A DNA stretch of 64,000 nucleotides from the human T2T-CHM13v2.0 reference genome, Homo sapiens, in NCBI RefSeq assembly GCF_009914755.1, contig NC_060941.1. One strand, written 5' to 3'. Position numbers and translations under genes: made by a program. Shown in pieces: positions 61,452 to 64,000 of the stretch. Within the stretch, counting starts at the first letter, position 1; every line of letters begins with the position of its first letter. The notes under the pieces were generated by a model. It ran no database searches. It worked only from the letters and a program-made list of their open reading frames with translations, and was not told where the DNA came from.

Positions 61452-61959
61452 GAAATCTCTACATTTGATTTTTGCACATTCTCTCTGTTTCTCTTATTTC
61501 CTGATTCATAAAAACTTTTTAAAAAGAAATATTACATTCATAACCTGTGTTTAATAAACTGAGTGGAGAGCAACTATTATTTCATTACCTTTGAAGTTTA
61601 ATTATAGAGAAAAATAATCATCCCATGAAAATCTGAATACTCTAAATTAGTGCTAATTTATTTTGTCTAAGGCATATAGATTTTGTTACCTCACTGTGCT
61701 TTTGTTATTTTTTTAACTAATTGTTAGTAGTGTCTTTTTATTCTATCTGATCAGTTTCATCATATAGTAGTGTCATATCTTGAGGACAGTGATAGAGAAG
61801 GTGTGAAGGCTTTGGAGTCAGAGAGCTCTATTTTTACTGCATGATTCTGAGAAAAGGACTGTGTTCAATCTAATGGGAGAATGAATTTTGTAAGGCTTAG
61901 CTGTAATGTAGCTCAAAGCACATGATAGATGTTCTATTCAAGATGAGTATTCAGAGCTA

Positions 61960-62205
61960 GCATTTAATGGCCAATTTGTGTTAAGCAATGTGCAGCTTAC
62001 AAGTGTCATTTTACCTAATCATTAGAACAACTTAGCAAGGCAAATAAACTTATTATCCTCATTTTAAAGATAAAGCAACTAAGACTCACAGATGTTTAAT
62101 ATTTTGCCCTAGACTGTATAACTGATACCTGATGATATAATTAGTGAATTGAGGATTTGAACTCAGAAAGTCTGATCCTTCAGCCTGTGGTTTTAATCTG
62201 TTACC
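61960..62205 (-). mobile_element. MIR
   Basis: ATTATCCTCATTTTAAAGATAAAGCAACTAAGACTCACAGA core. Confidence 0.7.
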
Positions 62206-62282
62206 TTTTCTATATTTTGTTATCTAGCTATTACTCTTATTATTAGATAATTTTATGCAAGAAAACCTAGGCTTTAGATCAC

Positions 62283-62466
62283 AAATTCTCTTTTAATAAT
62301 TCTGAAACAGGATAAAAATATTGTTCTAGGCATGTTCTCTACCTCCCAGTTTTGAGTATATTTTTGCCAGCAATAAGTTCTCTTTTAAGAATTCTGAAAC
62401 AGGATAAAAATATTGTTCTAAGAATGTTCCCTACCTCCAAGTTTTCAGTAATTTTTGGCCAGAATT
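62283..62466. repeat. 92-bp tandem duplication (two copies)
   Basis: TTCTCTTTTAA.AATTCTGAAACAGGATAAAAATATTGTTCTA starts at 62286 and 62378. Confidence 0.92.
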
Positions 62467-62496
62467 CTTCCAAATCCTCTGCATAAATAATTTGTA

Positions 62497-62660
62497 TTTT
62501 TCCCCTCTTCCCCCTCTTCTTCCTCCTCCTTTTCTCCTTCTTGTCCTTGTTCTTCCTCCTCCTTTTCTCCTTCTCATCCTTGTTCTTCCTCTTTCTCTCC
62601 ATCTCTCTGACTGTGTCTCATTCTCCTTATACTCTCCCTCCTTCTTCCTCACTTTCCCAT
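62497..62660. repeat. Polypyrimidine low-complexity tract
   Basis: CT-rich; 33-bp unit repeated twice. Confidence 0.85.
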
Positions 62661-62843
62661 TCTTGTCAGAACTATATGCCTGTCTTTAGTGTATTTAGCC
62701 ACAAGCTATGATTCTAGACTGTGCAGAGCTACCTGGAGTAGAGGCATTTGTTCTTGCTGAGCTCTAGATTATGTTCATAACTACCTCCATCACTCTGATA
62801 CTTCCTATTCCCCAGCATAAACAGTAGAAATATGCACATTTAA

Positions 62844-62846
62844 TAC

Positions 62847-62880
<34 letters not shown>
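62844..62880. repeat. (CA)n microsatellite, one interruption
   Basis: Direct reading. Confidence 0.95.
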
Positions 62881-63291
62881 GCAAGCAGAATCATGAAAGA
62901 AACAGTTCTGAGGATGAATTAGAGCCACTGATTTAAACGTGGAATTACTGAAAACAGGAGACACCCTAAGTCAGCTACTTATACAAAGCAGGGGTATTTC
63001 TAACAGGACAGTCGGTAAAAGTTGCCTTCTCCCCTTGCTCCTTTTCTTTTTGCCTTCCTCAACTTCTCCAGGTGATTTTTTTTTTTCCCTTAAAGAAGCT
63101 CAATTCTTCCCTAGAGGTTACCACACTCTATGCCATTGGTTTCCCCAGCTGGTTGATTAAAATAATCCTTTTTCAATTTCCCCAACAAAAAGAGTTAGCT
63201 CTCCTCCACCTTACCCTTGAGGTCAAAGAATAGGTGGCCGGTGCAGTTTGAAAAAGTTTCATAGCGTTTCTAAGTAATTGCAGCTCTCAAT

Positions 63292-63680
<389 letters not shown>

Positions 63681-64000
63681 TTATTTCTTGATAAAAGAAT
63701 CTAACATGGCACTGTCTTGAATCAGCACCCTACTAGTGATTGTACAGAAATAAATGAAGGAAGAAAATCTGTAGGGCCTTGGGAACATTCTTTGGTTCTT
63801 GGACAAAATAATTCTTGTGCAAATGGTTACACTAAAGATTTCTTCTATTTAGGATCCTAGAAAGTTAAGAGTTAGAAAAAACATGATATCATTTAGCTCG
63901 ATGAATCCATTTTAGAGATTAGCAAATGAAGTTCCAGCCAAAGGAAATAACTTGTTTTACCGTGTGCCAGATATGACTGGTGACTAAGACAGGGCAAGAG

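Noticed and set aside
60790-61554. 254-aa ORF as a functional reverse transcriptase gene
   Set aside because: Fragment of decayed L1 ORF2 with an out-of-frame stretch; ends before the catalytic YADD motif and runs into flanking DNA.
62339-62652. Lys/Arg-rich ORFs
   Set aside because: Artefact of the polypurine strand of a low-complexity tract.

Overview
Primate (human-like) AT-rich intronic or intergenic DNA. I recognise no protein-coding gene, rRNA or tRNA. The window is dominated by interspersed repeats: about 17 Alu copies (J, S and Y types, most with readable target-site duplications, TSDs), L1 pieces (L1PA/PB/M), L2 and MIR relics, MaLR/ERVL LTRs (THE1, MST, MLT1, MLT2, LTR16) and DNA transposons (MER20, Tigger, Charlie). 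The longer ORFs are repeat-derived; the only ones with real protein homology are decayed L1 ORF2 fragments. The most unusual structure is a ~290-bp inverted duplication (MER20 plus flank, ~93% identical arms) that coincides with amputation of a THE1C provirus (43.2-45.5 kb). Also notable: a TSD-bounded 5'-inverted L1PB carrying a complete THE1 provirus (57.2-61.5 kb), a probable much older inverted L1M (12.4-14.0 kb), an AluY whose body and TSD show strand-coordinated deamination-like changes (20.5 kb), several candidate micro-exons, a perfect hairpin, and repeat-free homeodomain-motif-rich blocks that may be enhancers. Repeat subfamily names come from my recollection of consensus sequences and need RepeatMasker/Dfam confirmation; boundaries of old repeats are approximate. 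I found no convincing new biological system.
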